64,000 bases of DNA from an uncultured Finegoldia sp. (GCF_900766215.1 NZ_CAAFUQ010000095.1:8545-72544), one strand, 5' to 3'; shown: positions 19,054-29,183, counted from the first letter of the stretch. Numbers and translations: made by a program. Notes: a model not told the origin generated them from the letters alone.

Positions 19054-20240
19054 TGAATATACCATTGTTGAATTTGAAAAGACAATATAAAGACATTGAA
19101 GAAGAAGTAAACTCAAATGTATTAGAGTGTTTCAAGAATGCACAATATATAATGGGTGAAAATGTTAAACAATTTGAAAAAGAAATAGCTGAAAAAATTG
19201 GTGTTAAACATGCGATTACTGTTGGAAATGGAACTGATGCTTTGATTATAGCTTTGAAGTCTTTGGGAATCAAAGAAGGAGATGAAGTTATAACCACTGA
19301 TTACACTTTCTTTGCAACAGCTGAAGCTATAAGATTTGTCGGAGCTACACCTGTGTTTTGTGATGTTGAATTGGATACTTATAATATCGATCCTTCTCAA
19401 ATAGAAGAAAAGATTACAGACAAAACAAAGGCAATTATTTGTGTTCATTTATTTGGAAATGCATGTAAAATGGATGAAATAAATGATATTGCCAAGAGAC
19501 ATAATTTGTATGTTGTTGAAGATGCAGCACAAGCAATTAATTCACAATATAAGGGCAAAAATGTTGGTAATTTAGGGGATATAGCTTGTTTCTCATTCTT
19601 CCCTACAAAAAATTTGGGATGCTTTGGTGATGGTGGAATGATCACAACTAATGATGATGATTTGGCAACTATTATAAGAGCTTTGAAGGTTCACGGTAGT
19701 GGCGAAAATGGAATGAAAGCTTATGCTATATTAAATGATGAAGAAGTTGAAGTTGTGGAACAAAATTCAGGAGATAATACAGTTTACAATCCATTGAAAT
19801 ACTACAACTATTTAATCGGTCACAATTCAAGATTAGACGAAATCCAAGCTGCTATTTTGAGAATTAAATTGAAACACTTAGATGAATATACAGAAAACAG
19901 AAGAAGTATTTCACACGGATACATCGAAGCTTTGAAGGATACTTCATTGGTAATGCCAACTGAAACTGAGGGCGGAAAGCACGTTTTCCACTTATTTATT
20001 TTACAATCTGAAAATAGAGAGGAAATAGAATCAAAATTAAAAGAAAAAGGCATTGCTACTGGAACTTATTACAAAGTCCCAATGCATTTACAAAAAGCTT
20101 TTAATGATTTAGGATATAAAAAGGGAGATTTTCCTAATGCGGAATATCTTTCAGAAAGGACTTTTGCAATTCCATTGTTCCCAGAAATGAACGATGAAGA
20201 AAGAGAATATATTATTAATTCTATAAAGGAGATAGTATAA
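19053..20240 (+). CDS. DegT-family aminotransferase; by context a WbpE-like UDP-2-acetamido-2-deoxy-3-oxo-glucuronate aminotransferase
   Basis: DegT motifs and an active-site Lys region ([15 protein letters not shown]). It sits immediately upstream of WbpD-, WbpA- and WbpB-like genes. Confidence 0.7.
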   Translation: MNIPLLNLKRQYKDIEEEVNSNVLECFKNAQYIMGENVKQFEKEIAEKIGVKHAITVGNGTDALIIALKSLGIKEGDEVITTDYTFFATAEAIRFVGATPVFCDVELDTYNIDPSQIEEKITDKTKAIICVHLFGNACKMDEINDIAKRHNLYVVEDAAQAINSQYKGKNVGNLGDIACFSFFPTKNLGCFGDGGMITTNDDDLATIIRALKVHGSGENGMKAYAILNDEEVEVVEQNSGDNTVYNPLKYYNYLIGHNSRLDEIQAAILRIKLKHLDEYTENRRSISHGYIEALKDTSLVMPTETEGGKHVFHLFILQSENREEIESKLKEKGIATGTYYKVPMHLQKAFNDLGYKKGDFPNAEYLSERTFAIPLFPEMNDEEREYIINSIKEIV

Positions 20241-20818
20241 TGGACTTTTTTGCTCATGAGTCTTGCTATATAGATGAAGAGACAAAGATTGGTAAAGGTA
20301 CTAAAATTTGGCATTTTAGTCATGTGATGTCAGGTAGCACTATTGGAGAAAATTGTAACATTGGTCAAAATGTCGTTATTTCTCCAGATGTTACGCTTGG
20401 TAATAATTGTAAAGTTCAAAATAATGTTAGTGTGTATACTGGTGTTGTTTGTGAAGATGGTGTGTTCTTAGGACCTTCTTGTGTGTTTACAAATGTTATT
20501 AATCCAAGGGCTTTTATTGAGAAAAAAGATGAATATCGAAAAACAACTATTAAAGAAGGCGCGTCTATTGGCGCCAATGCGACTATTGTTTGTGGAAACA
20601 CAATTGGCAAATATGCTATAATTGGAGCAGGAGCAGTTGTTACAAAAGATGTCGGGGATTACGAAATTGTAGTAGGTAATCCAGCTAGACATCATGGATA
20701 TGCATGTTCATGTGGAGAAAACCTAAAAAGAGTTTCCCTCACAGATTATATATGTGAAAAATGTGACAAGAAATATTTATTAAATGATTATAAATTGAGT
20801 GAGGTATCAAATGAGTAA
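20240..20818 (+). CDS. Hexapeptide-repeat N-acetyltransferase (WbpD-like UDP-sugar 3-N-acetyltransferase)
   Basis: Left-handed beta-helix hexapeptide repeats ([13 protein letters not shown]...); 192 aa; same operon position as WbpD. Confidence 0.7.
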   Translation: MDFFAHESCYIDEETKIGKGTKIWHFSHVMSGSTIGENCNIGQNVVISPDVTLGNNCKVQNNVSVYTGVVCEDGVFLGPSCVFTNVINPRAFIEKKDEYRKTTIKEGASIGANATIVCGNTIGKYAIIGAGAVVTKDVGDYEIVVGNPARHHGYACSCGENLKRVSLTDYICEKCDKKYLLNDYKLSEVSNE

Positions 20819-22142
20819 TTTAAAAGAAGAATTATTGGGCAAAATTGAAGATAAATCTCTAGTTGTAGGGGTTGTAGGATTAGGTTATGTAGGATTGCCA
20901 TTAGCAGTTGAAAAAGCTAAAGCAGGTTATACTGTTATTGGTTTTGATGTTCAACCTGAAAAAGTTCAAATGGTTAACGATGGAGTTAATTACATAGGTG
21001 ATGTTGTTGATTCTGAATTAAAAGCAATTGTAGAATCTGGAAAATTGAGAGCTACAAGTGATTTTGAATCAGTTGCAAGTTGTGATTTCATAGCTATTGC
21101 CGTTCCTACACCTTTGGATATTTATCAACAACCAGATATTTCCTATGTTGAAAAATCAACTACAGATGTTTCAAAACATTTGAAAAAAGGATCTATAGTT
21201 GTTTTGGAATCTACAACTTACCCAGGAACTACTGAAGAATTAATGAGACCTATTTTGGAAAATGGATCAGGATTAAAATGTGAAGAAGATTTCTACTTGG
21301 CATTCTCTCCAGAAAGAGTAGATCCAGGTAACAAACAATATAAAACTAAAAACACTCCAAAAGTTGTTGGAGGAATTGGTTCAGAATCTACTGAAGTTGC
21401 AGCAGCATTGTACAGAAATGTATTAGAAGGAGAAGTTATGACTGTATCTTCACCTAGAGTTGCTGAAATGGAAAAAATTCTTGAAAACACATACAGAAAT
21501 GTAAACATTGGTTTGGTAAATGAATTTGCCAAATTAGCGAATAAAATGGACATTAACATGTGGGAAGTAGTAGACGCTGCAAAGACAAAACCTTATGGAT
21601 ATCAAGCATTCTATCCAGGCCCTGGTGTTGGTGGACACTGTATACCATTAGATCCATTCTATTTGACTTGGAAAGCTAGAGAATATGATGTACACATGCC
21701 AATAATAGAAGCAAGTGGTACTGTTAATGATAGCATGCCTGAATGGGTTGTAGATAGATCAATGAAAATCTTATCTAGAAAATTCAAAAAACCATTAAAT
21801 GGTTCAAAAGTTTTAATTTTAGGTATTGCATACAAAAAAGACATTGACGATTTAAGAGATTCCCCAGCATTTGTTGTAATGGATAAGTTCAGGGAAGAAG
21901 GAGCTATCATTGATTACTACGATGGATTTAATCCTTCATACTTCAACCCAGATGGATCTAAGACTTACTCATTAAAAGAAATTAATCCAGATGTAGTTAA
22001 GGGTTATGATTTAGTTGTTATAACTGCTGATCATACAAATGTTGATTATCAAATGGTAGTAGACAATGCACCATTCGTATTTGATACAAAGTACGCTACA
22101 AGAAATGTAGAAAATAACAGAGAAAAAATAGAATTATTATAA
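20811..22142 (+). CDS. UDP-N-acetyl-D-glucosamine/mannosamine 6-dehydrogenase (WbpA/WecC family)
   Basis: UDP-glucose/GDP-mannose dehydrogenase family with an N-terminal Rossmann GxGxxG ([11 protein letters not shown]) and a catalytic Cys region ([11 protein letters not shown]). ATG 20811 with GAGGT upstream. Confidence 0.8.
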   Translation: MSNLKEELLGKIEDKSLVVGVVGLGYVGLPLAVEKAKAGYTVIGFDVQPEKVQMVNDGVNYIGDVVDSELKAIVESGKLRATSDFESVASCDFIAIAVPTPLDIYQQPDISYVEKSTTDVSKHLKKGSIVVLESTTYPGTTEELMRPILENGSGLKCEEDFYLAFSPERVDPGNKQYKTKNTPKVVGGIGSESTEVAAALYRNVLEGEVMTVSSPRVAEMEKILENTYRNVNIGLVNEFAKLANKMDINMWEVVDAAKTKPYGYQAFYPGPGVGGHCIPLDPFYLTWKAREYDVHMPIIEASGTVNDSMPEWVVDRSMKILSRKFKKPLNGSKVLILGIAYKKDIDDLRDSPAFVVMDKFREEGAIIDYYDGFNPSYFNPDGSKTYSLKEINPDVVKGYDLVVITADHTNVDYQMVVDNAPFVFDTKYATRNVENNREKIELL

Positions 22143-22150
22143 GAGGTAAT

Positions 22151-23170
22151 ATGCAAAAAATTAAATGTGCGATTATTGGTTGTGGTAGAATTTCTTACAA
22201 ACACGTTGAAGGAATTGCAAACAATGATTCAGAAATGGAATTAGTTGCAGTATGCGATATTATTGAAGAAAGAGCTATTGAAAAGAAAAATGAATATTTA
22301 GAAAGATTTCCTGACAGAGATGTAAAAGTATATACTGATTACAAGAAAATGTTAGATGAAGTCGATATTGATATGTGTTCAATTTCAACAGAAAGTGGTT
22401 ATCATGGTGAAATAGCACTTTACTGCTTAGAAAAATCAAAACACGTTCTAATTGAAAAGCCAATGGCTATGAGTTTGGAAGAAATCGATAAAATCAATGA
22501 TTTAGCAGATAAAAAAGGATTAAAAGTTGGAGTATGCCACCAAAATAGATTTAATCCTCCAATCCAAAAATTGAAAAAAACAATTAATGCTAATAAATTT
22601 GGAAAGATGACTAACATTACAGCTAGAGTTTTATGGAATAGAAATCAAAATTACTATAATTTGGCTCCATGGAGAGGAACAAAGGCTTTAGACGGTGGGA
22701 CATTGATGAATCAATGTATTCACGCATTAGACTTGTTGTTATGGATGATGGATGATGAATTAGTAAGTGTAAAAGCTGAGACTGAAACATTCCTAAGAGA
22801 TATAGAAATGGAAGATTACGGCGTAATATTGATGAGATTTAAGAGTGGTAGAATTGGACTATTGGAAGGTAGTGCCGATGTATATCCTAAAAATCTTGAA
22901 GAAACTATTTCGGTATTTGGTTCTACAGGAACAGCTGTTATCGGAGGATTAGCAGTTAATGAAATAAAAACATGGGTTTTCGAAGATGAATCTGAAACAG
23001 CAGAATTAGAAGATGATAAATCAATCGATAACGTGTATGGAAACGGACACACTCCACTATACAAAGATTTTATTCACGCAATAAATACTGATACACAACC
23101 TTTGATAAACGGACACGAAGGAAGAAAACCAGTAGAAGTTTTAATGAAAGCTTACGGTTGGATTGATTAA
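22151..23170 (+). CDS. Gfo/Idh/MocA-family oxidoreductase (WbpB-like UDP-GlcNAcA 3-dehydrogenase)
   Basis: N-terminal Rossmann (IIGCGRIS) and a GFO_IDH_MocA C-terminal domain, in operon with the WbpA/E/D-like genes. Confidence 0.7.
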   Translation: MQKIKCAIIGCGRISYKHVEGIANNDSEMELVAVCDIIEERAIEKKNEYLERFPDRDVKVYTDYKKMLDEVDIDMCSISTESGYHGEIALYCLEKSKHVLIEKPMAMSLEEIDKINDLADKKGLKVGVCHQNRFNPPIQKLKKTINANKFGKMTNITARVLWNRNQNYYNLAPWRGTKALDGGTLMNQCIHALDLLLWMMDDELVSVKAETETFLRDIEMEDYGVILMRFKSGRIGLLEGSADVYPKNLEETISVFGSTGTAVIGGLAVNEIKTWVFEDESETAELEDDKSIDNVYGNGHTPLYKDFIHAINTDTQPLINGHEGRKPVEVLMKAYGWID

Positions 23171-23193
23171 AGAATAATAAAAAATTTTAAAAT

Positions 23194-23230
23194 AAACAAG
23201 CTCTTGATTTTAATCAAGAGCTTGTTTTAC
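23194..23230. terminator. Bidirectional rho-independent terminator
   Basis: aaacaagctcttgatt...aatcaagagcttgttt hairpin with A-rich and T-rich runs on both sides. Confidence 0.7.
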
Positions 23231-23235
23231 TTTAT

Positions 23236-24192
23236 TTAATATTTGTAGAATTCTTCTTTTGTTCCTCTACCTAATTTGTTCTCCTCTATATACTTCTTTA
23301 GCATTTGAGCTATATGATAGCTTATTGAGTTTTCATCATTAACATCTGGTTTATTTAAAGTGATATAATATGCTGTTTTTAACTCTACTACATCAAGTAT
23401 TTGGAATGGTCCAAAAGGAGCGCCTGTTCCATATCTCCATGCATTATCAATATCATCTATGTCAGCTATATCCAAAGCTTTTAGAGTTATTGCAGCATCT
23501 AATAATGGTACTAATAGTGAGTTTAGAAGATATCCAGGTTGTTCTTTTTTCAATTTTAATGGAATCATTCCTATATCTTTTGCGAAGTTAACTACTTCAT
23601 CGTATACTTCATGAGAAGTTTCGCTGTGTCCCATAATTTCTGCTGTATTATTGTTCCAAATTTCATTTGCAAAGTGAAGAGTAAGATATTTTTCTGGATG
23701 AGGAAGTAAATCCTTAAACGAACTTGGTAATAATGTTGATGAATTTGTTGCAACTATAGTATTATCATTTAATACTTTTGCCAAATTCTTATAAAAATCT
23801 GATTTTTGTTCTGGGTTTTCAGAAACAGCTTCAATCAATAAATCACAATTTTTAACTGATTTTTCTAAGTCTGTTAAAAGATGAATTCTATTGAATCCTT
23901 CTTCTACATCTTTTTTTAAATTTTCAATATCATCAAGTGCCAATTGATCTGAAGAAATACCTCTAGGTATAATTACTGAGTTAACAGTGTTTTCATCAGA
24001 TAAACCAACTTTAATTCTATCTAGTATACTTAGATATGTTTCTTTTAATGCATCAAAACGTGGCTTAGCTCTATCTACAGAACCTTCACTTCTTAACCAC
24101 ATGTTGACATCAAAGCCTTTAAATGCAGTTTGAAATGCTATTTGAGATCCCAAAACGCCTCCACCAGCTACTGTTACATTTTTAATTTTCAT
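23236..24192 (-). CDS. 3-hydroxyacyl-CoA dehydrogenase-family NAD-binding protein
   Basis: N-terminal VTVAGGGVLGSQIA Rossmann, and 3HCDH N- and C-domain-like organisation. Monocistronic between two terminators. Confidence 0.6.
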   Translation of the reverse strand: MKIKNVTVAGGGVLGSQIAFQTAFKGFDVNMWLRSEGSVDRAKPRFDALKETYLSILDRIKVGLSDENTVNSVIIPRGISSDQLALDDIENLKKDVEEGFNRIHLLTDLEKSVKNCDLLIEAVSENPEQKSDFYKNLAKVLNDNTIVATNSSTLLPSSFKDLLPHPEKYLTLHFANEIWNNNTAEIMGHSETSHEVYDEVVNFAKDIGMIPLKLKKEQPGYLLNSLLVPLLDAAITLKALDIADIDDIDNAWRYGTGAPFGPFQILDVVELKTAYYITLNKPDVNDENSISYHIAQMLKKYIEENKLGRGTKEEFYKY

Positions 24193-24317
24193 AAATTTGC
24201 CTCCTTTAAATTAACCTATATTGTAAGTTTATTCAATATTTATATACCACTTAAATAATTTTACAAATCGTAATTGAACAAATTGTGTAATTTTTTGTGT
24301 TTTTTAATTTTTAAAAT

Positions 24318-24345
24318 GTTTAGAAATTTATAAGAAGGGTATAAT
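24318..24345 (+). promoter_or_regulatory. Promoter motif upstream of the amaP-asp23 operon: GTTTAG-N13-GGGTAT (sigma-B-like) overlapping a perfect TATAAT
   Basis: GTTTAG at 24318-24323, a 13-nt spacer, GGGTAT at 24337-24342 and TATAAT at 24340-24345, about 150 nt upstream of the ATG at 24494. Confidence 0.45.
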
Positions 24346-24493
24346 TAAATTAAGGCGCTAGAGGTTAAAACCATTTTTAAAATAATTAATAAAGAGTAAA
24401 TTTTTATAATTTAACAAATTATTGTTTAGGATTTATTAAAAAGTGGTATATATATCTTGTAACAAATATATCAATAATTTATAAGGAGGTTAT

Positions 24494-25039
24494 ATGAGTG
24501 GATTTAAAAAATTTGTCCACATACTGTTTTCAATATTAATAATTCTATTTTCATTAGCATTGTTCTTTACAGTATTTAGTTTTGGACAAATTAGTTATAA
24601 TCTCAGAGAACTCATGATGAATGAGGTATGCTTTTATATAGTATCTGTTGTTGGAGCATTGGTTCTATTAGGAGCTCTAATAATTATGTTTAAAGCGATT
24701 TTCTCTGATAATTTGAGCGATTTCTTGATTTCAAAAGACAAGGATGGAGAAGTAATGATATCCACAGAAGCACTGGAAAATACAGTTAAAAGCACTGTGA
24801 ACAAATATAATGATGTTAGGACTTCCCAAGTTAATGTTAGGGTTAACAATTCTAAAGAACCATATATGAATTGTGATGTAGAAGTTGGAGTAAGGGATAT
24901 GTCAAATGTAGGTGGTCTTGGAGAAAACATCAAAAATGATATCAAGACTAATTTGGAAACTTTATCTGGTTACAAAGTAAAAGATATAACTGTAAAGTTT
25001 TTAGATTTGGCAAAATCTACTAATAAAAGAGTAGTATAG
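24494..25039 (+). CDS. amaP: Membrane-anchored Asp23-related protein (AmaP-like alkaline shock response membrane anchor)
   Basis: Two N-terminal TM helices followed by a soluble Asp23-like domain. It is the first gene of a three-gene block that ends in asp23. Confidence 0.55.
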   Translation: MSGFKKFVHILFSILIILFSLALFFTVFSFGQISYNLRELMMNEVCFYIVSVVGALVLLGALIIMFKAIFSDNLSDFLISKDKDGEVMISTEALENTVKSTVNKYNDVRTSQVNVRVNNSKEPYMNCDVEVGVRDMSNVGGLGENIKNDIKTNLETLSGYKVKDITVKFLDLAKSTNKRVV

Positions 25040-25048
25040 GGGGTAAAA

Positions 25049-25345
25049 ATGAACAATAATTTATTGGACAATATTAATTCCCCAGATGAAGAAAAAAGGA
25101 TAGTATTTGTAAAAGAAGATTCAAAAGATAAGTTTGATGAAAGACTAATAAAAAATTTCTCAGATTTGAGAAAACCAACTAAGTATGGAATATTAGGTGT
25201 AATAATAGCACTTTTATTTTTGAAAGCTGGATTTTGGGCAACAATATTAATACTTTTACTTTTTGGTATTGGTTATGGTTATGGGTTGTACAAAGAGGGT
25301 AATCCTAAATTTATCAGATTTTTGATGAATTTATTTAGGAAATAA
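25049..25345 (+). CDS. Small integral membrane protein (DUF2273-like)
   Basis: 98 aa with two TM helices and a GIGYGYGLY motif; occupies the middle position as in Staphylococcus-type asp23 operons. Confidence 0.55.
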   Translation: MNNNLLDNINSPDEEKRIVFVKEDSKDKFDERLIKNFSDLRKPTKYGILGVIIALLFLKAGFWATILILLLFGIGYGYGLYKEGNPKFIRFLMNLFRK

Positions 25346-25371
25346 TATAGTTATAAAAGGAGATTAGAAAG

Positions 25372-25827
25372 ATGGACGAAAGAAAATACAATGAAGTAAA
25401 CAAAGTAAACGAAGAAAAGGCTGAAAGAGAACAAGAAAAGAAACATGAATCAAAATTAACTTTTGATAACTCAGTAGTTCAAAAAATAGCTGCAATAGCT
25501 GTTAGAGAAGTTCCTGGAGTTTTAGATATGGAAGGTGGATTCTTCTCAGGAATTCAAGAAACTTTTGGTGGATATGATGCTACAAAAGGTATTGAAGCAG
25601 AAGTTGGAGAAAAAGAAGCTGCAATTGATGTTTCAGTTATTTTAGAATATGGTGTATCAGCTGTTAAAGTATTCAATCAATTACAAGAAGTAGTAAAACA
25701 AAGCGTAAACAAGATGACAGGATTAAATGTTGTTGAAGTTAACTGTAAAGTAGTTGACGTAATGACAAGAAAAGAATTTAACTTAAAAAATAAAAAAGAA
25801 GAAGAAAATAAAAGTGGTTTGAAATAA
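25372..25827 (+). CDS. asp23: Asp23/Gls24-family general stress protein
   Basis: Asp23 (DUF322) core IAAIAVREVPGV...GVSAVKVFNQLQE with a Lys/Glu-rich C-terminal tail. Confidence 0.8.
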   Translation: MDERKYNEVNKVNEEKAEREQEKKHESKLTFDNSVVQKIAAIAVREVPGVLDMEGGFFSGIQETFGGYDATKGIEAEVGEKEAAIDVSVILEYGVSAVKVFNQLQEVVKQSVNKMTGLNVVEVNCKVVDVMTRKEFNLKNKKEEENKSGLK

Positions 25828-25838
25828 ACTAATTTAAA

Positions 25839-25868
25839 ATAAGGAAGGCATTGTCCTTCCTTATTTTA
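25839..25868. terminator. Bidirectional terminator between asp23 and degV
   Basis: ataaggaagg...ccttccttat hairpin followed by a T-run. Confidence 0.7.
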
Positions 25869-26715
25869 ATGTTACAACAGCTCCGTATATGTGAGGGCCT
25901 GTATGAACAACAAAAAGACTTGAAATAGGTCTTTTATAGATTTCCACATTAGGATAGTGTTCTTTTATTACTTTTTCTAATTCATCTGCATTTTCTTGAA
26001 GATTTGAATGCATTATATAAATTTTATCAATTTTATCATTATCTGCAAAATCAATAATATAATTTAAAATTTGTTGATTTACTTTTTTTCTGCCCCTCAC
26101 AGCATCTATTACCTCTAAATTACCTGTGTTTTTGATACAAGTTATAATAGGTTTAATGCTTAGAAGATTTCCTACTACCTTACTAGAACGTTTAATTCGT
26201 CCACTTGTATATAGGTAGTCTAGTTTATCTACAGTGAAGAAAAAGTCCTCTTTATTTTTTAAGACTTCTAATTCTTTGACAATATCTTCAAAACTATTAT
26301 GATTTTCAATCATATTCACAGCTTTTTCAATTAAAAAACCCATTCCCATTGAACATGATCTGCAATCAATTAAATGATATGTTAGCTTATCAGAATATAA
26401 ACTTAATACTTGCTTAAATAAATTATAAGTTCCACTTATACCACAACTCATACAAGTTGCAATAACATGAGTGTATCCATTTGATAAAATGTATTCTATT
26501 TTGTCAATCAAATCACTTGCTAAGGGAAGAGAACTACTAATAGTGTTACTATTTATATCATCAATAATGTCGTAAATAGTTTTTTCATACTTATCCTTAT
26601 ATGTAACTTCCGAATTATAAATGATTTGAAGAGGGACTTCTAAAATATTGTATTCTTTAATAATTGATGCATCAACATCAGATGTTGTGTCAGTTAGAAT
26701 AGCAATTTTTTGCAT
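25861..26715 (-). CDS. DegV-family fatty-acid-binding protein
   Basis: N-terminal IAILTDTTSD DegV signature; about 280 aa. Confidence 0.85.
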   Translation of the reverse strand: MQKIAILTDTTSDVDASIIKEYNILEVPLQIIYNSEVTYKDKYEKTIYDIIDDINSNTISSSLPLASDLIDKIEYILSNGYTHVIATCMSCGISGTYNLFKQVLSLYSDKLTYHLIDCRSCSMGMGFLIEKAVNMIENHNSFEDIVKELEVLKNKEDFFFTVDKLDYLYTSGRIKRSSKVVGNLLSIKPIITCIKNTGNLEVIDAVRGRKKVNQQILNYIIDFADNDKIDKIYIMHSNLQENADELEKVIKEHYPNVEIYKRPISSLFVVHTGPHIYGAVVTLK

Positions 26716-26781
26716 TTTTTATTCCTTTCTAATCGATTGATTTTTTATTTTTAGTTAACATATTTATTATATCATTACAAC

Positions 26782-26811
26782 GAAAAAAATACGACAACTA
26801 AGTTGCCGTAT
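26782..26811 (-). terminator. Rho-independent terminator of the pst-pho operon
   Basis: 10-bp stem atacgacaac/gttgccgtat with one mismatch, directly after the phoR stop. An A7 run on the + strand gives a U-tract on the - strand. Confidence 0.6.
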
Positions 26812-28515
26812 TTAAATAGTTATTGTAATTTTAGTTCCGACATCTAGCTTAGACTCAAGTTCAATTGAACCGTTGTGGATATCAACGATATGTTTAATAA
26901 TCGATAAGCCGAGTCCCGTAGATTCTTGAGAAGAGCGTGATTTGTCGACAACGAAAAATCTTTCAAAAACTCTTTTTTGATATTTTTCAGCTATACCAAT
27001 TCCAGTATCTTCACAGATAATCTTAGTTTTATCATTTTCTTTGAATATTGAAATCTTGATTTTTCCAGATATTTTATTGTATTTAATAGCATTGGTAACC
27101 AAGTTTTCAATCATTTCTTTAATTAAATTTTCGTTTCCATATATTAGACAATTTTCCTGAATATCTGTAATTATTTCTATTTGTTTGTTATCGAATTTAT
27201 TTTGATTAGAATTAATAATTTCACTTACTATTTTTTCAGGATTGAATAAACTTTTTTCGATATCATCACCAGATTCATCTAATTTTGAGAGTTTGATGAT
27301 ATTATCAATTAGTTCCAATAATCTTAATCCTTCTTGATGGATTATAGAAGCAAATTTACCGACGTTTTCCGGGCTAACCATATTATTTTCAATCATTTCT
27401 GCATAACCATTGATAGAAGTTAGGGGAGATTTCAATTCGTGACTTACATTTGCTGAAAATTCTCTTCTTCTTTTTTCAGCTTTTATTTTGTCACTTTCAT
27501 CTACTAAGAATAGTAGAACTCCATTAATCTTATCTTCATCTAATACTGGTGCAATATACAATGATAATAACATTCCTTGCATTTCAATGTTTATATGATG
27601 TGCTGTTTTTGTAGATATAACGTTCTTAATTGCAGAATGGATTTTCAAATCTCTATTCAATGAAATAAAAGGTCTTCCCTCATATTTAGAATCAGAAGCT
27701 CCAAATAGAAATTCAGCTGACTTGTTAACAGAAAGTACATTCATGTTTTTATCTAGTAAAATAAGACCTTCTCTCATATTATCCGTAATAGTTTTAATAG
27801 TAGCAGATCTTTCTTCTAATTCATCAACATATTTTTTTATAGTATCATTTTTTCGTCTAATAATATTAACAAATGGTATTAGTTCATCGTAAACTGGTTT
27901 TTCTATTAATTTTGATTCCTTATCATTTACAATATTATCATCTAACTCATTAGCAATAGTTTCAATAGGATCTAGAATTTGTCTAATTTGTCTTCTATTA
28001 ATGTCTATTAACAAAATTAATGACAATGCTAAAATCAATAGGGTATAGGGTAATAAATCTAGAATTGTTTTGAAAAAATTTGCCGATTCACAGCTAACTC
28101 TAAGCACATCTGAATTTTCTTGTAGAATAGCTACATAATACATATCGGCTCCAAAACTATTAGATTTACGAGTTATTGATCCTACATTAGTTTCCCTTGC
28201 ATCTTTAACTTCTTCTCTATTAGAGTGATTATCCAAAGAATCTACATTCGTATCGGTGTCATAGACTACATTTCCACTTTTATCAATAATAGTGAATCTA
28301 TTCGTAGGATTTATTTTCTTAATCTTTTTTACATTGACAATAGTTTGTTCACGATTATTGTCACTGATAGAATCAATATATTGGATTTGGCGAAGTAGGG
28401 AAGTTTCTTGCTTTGATTTGTTGTAATTATAAAATATAAATGTTTGCAAACTAAGTCCGACAGCCAAAGCTAATATAATAACAAAAGAAATTCTAGTGTA
28501 TATTTTCCTTTTCAT
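26812..28515 (-). CDS. phoR: Phosphate-regulon sensor histidine kinase (PhoR-like)
   Basis: N-terminal TM, extracytoplasmic domain, second TM, PAS region, HisKA H-box (VSHELKSPLTSI) and HATPase_c N/G boxes. Located downstream of phoP and phoU. Confidence 0.85.
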   Translation of the reverse strand: MKRKIYTRISFVIILALAVGLSLQTFIFYNYNKSKQETSLLRQIQYIDSISDNNREQTIVNVKKIKKINPTNRFTIIDKSGNVVYDTDTNVDSLDNHSNREEVKDARETNVGSITRKSNSFGADMYYVAILQENSDVLRVSCESANFFKTILDLLPYTLLILALSLILLIDINRRQIRQILDPIETIANELDDNIVNDKESKLIEKPVYDELIPFVNIIRRKNDTIKKYVDELEERSATIKTITDNMREGLILLDKNMNVLSVNKSAEFLFGASDSKYEGRPFISLNRDLKIHSAIKNVISTKTAHHINIEMQGMLLSLYIAPVLDEDKINGVLLFLVDESDKIKAEKRRREFSANVSHELKSPLTSINGYAEMIENNMVSPENVGKFASIIHQEGLRLLELIDNIIKLSKLDESGDDIEKSLFNPEKIVSEIINSNQNKFDNKQIEIITDIQENCLIYGNENLIKEMIENLVTNAIKYNKISGKIKISIFKENDKTKIICEDTGIGIAEKYQKRVFERFFVVDKSRSSQESTGLGLSIIKHIVDIHNGSIELESKLDVGTKITITI

Positions 28516-29183
28516 TACTCACCAGCTTTATATCCCAGATTTCTTATAGTTTTTATGATGCCTGAAGCATTTTTCAATTTTTGTCTTAGTGTAGCAATAT
28601 GAACATCTACTGTACGAGATTCGCCTTCAAAATCAAATCCCCAAATTTTTGTCATTATATTTTCTCTCGTTAATACTTTTCCAATATTTGATAGGAGATA
28701 ATACAATAATTCAAATTCTTTATAAGTCAAGTCAATATTTTGTCCATCGACACTTACAGTTCTTTTATCGTAGTCTAGTTCAACATTTTTATAAATAATC
28801 TTTGATTTTGTTTTACTCAATGACGATCTTCTGAGTAAAGCTCTAACTCTTGCTAATAGCTCCATGATGCTAAACGGTTTTATCATATAATCATCAGCAC
28901 CACTATCTAGTCCAACGATTTTATCGTATTCTGTAGTCTTTGCAGTAAGCATCATAACAGGGATGCTTTTCGTTTTCTCATTATTTCGTATTTCTTTTAA
29001 AATTTCAAGTCCACTTTTTCCTGGAAGCATAATATCTAATATAATTAAATCTATGCTAGAAGAATACAATGAGGATTTGAATTCACCGTAATCTCCAAAT
29101 CCCATTGCATCATAACCTTCATTATTTAGTGCGTAGATAATTAGTTCTCTTATGCTTTTATCATCTTCAACACAGCAAATCAT
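28515..29183 (-). CDS. phoP: OmpR/PhoB-family response regulator (PhoP-like)
   Basis: Receiver domain (DIMLPGKSG, phospho-acceptor Asp) and a winged-helix trans_reg_C domain. Confidence 0.85.
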   Translation of the reverse strand: MICCVEDDKSIRELIIYALNNEGYDAMGFGDYGEFKSSLYSSSIDLIILDIMLPGKSGLEILKEIRNNEKTKSIPVMMLTAKTTEYDKIVGLDSGADDYMIKPFSIMELLARVRALLRRSSLSKTKSKIIYKNVELDYDKRTVSVDGQNIDLTYKEFELLYYLLSNIGKVLTRENIMTKIWGFDFEGESRTVDVHIATLRQKLKNASGIIKTIRNLGYKAGE

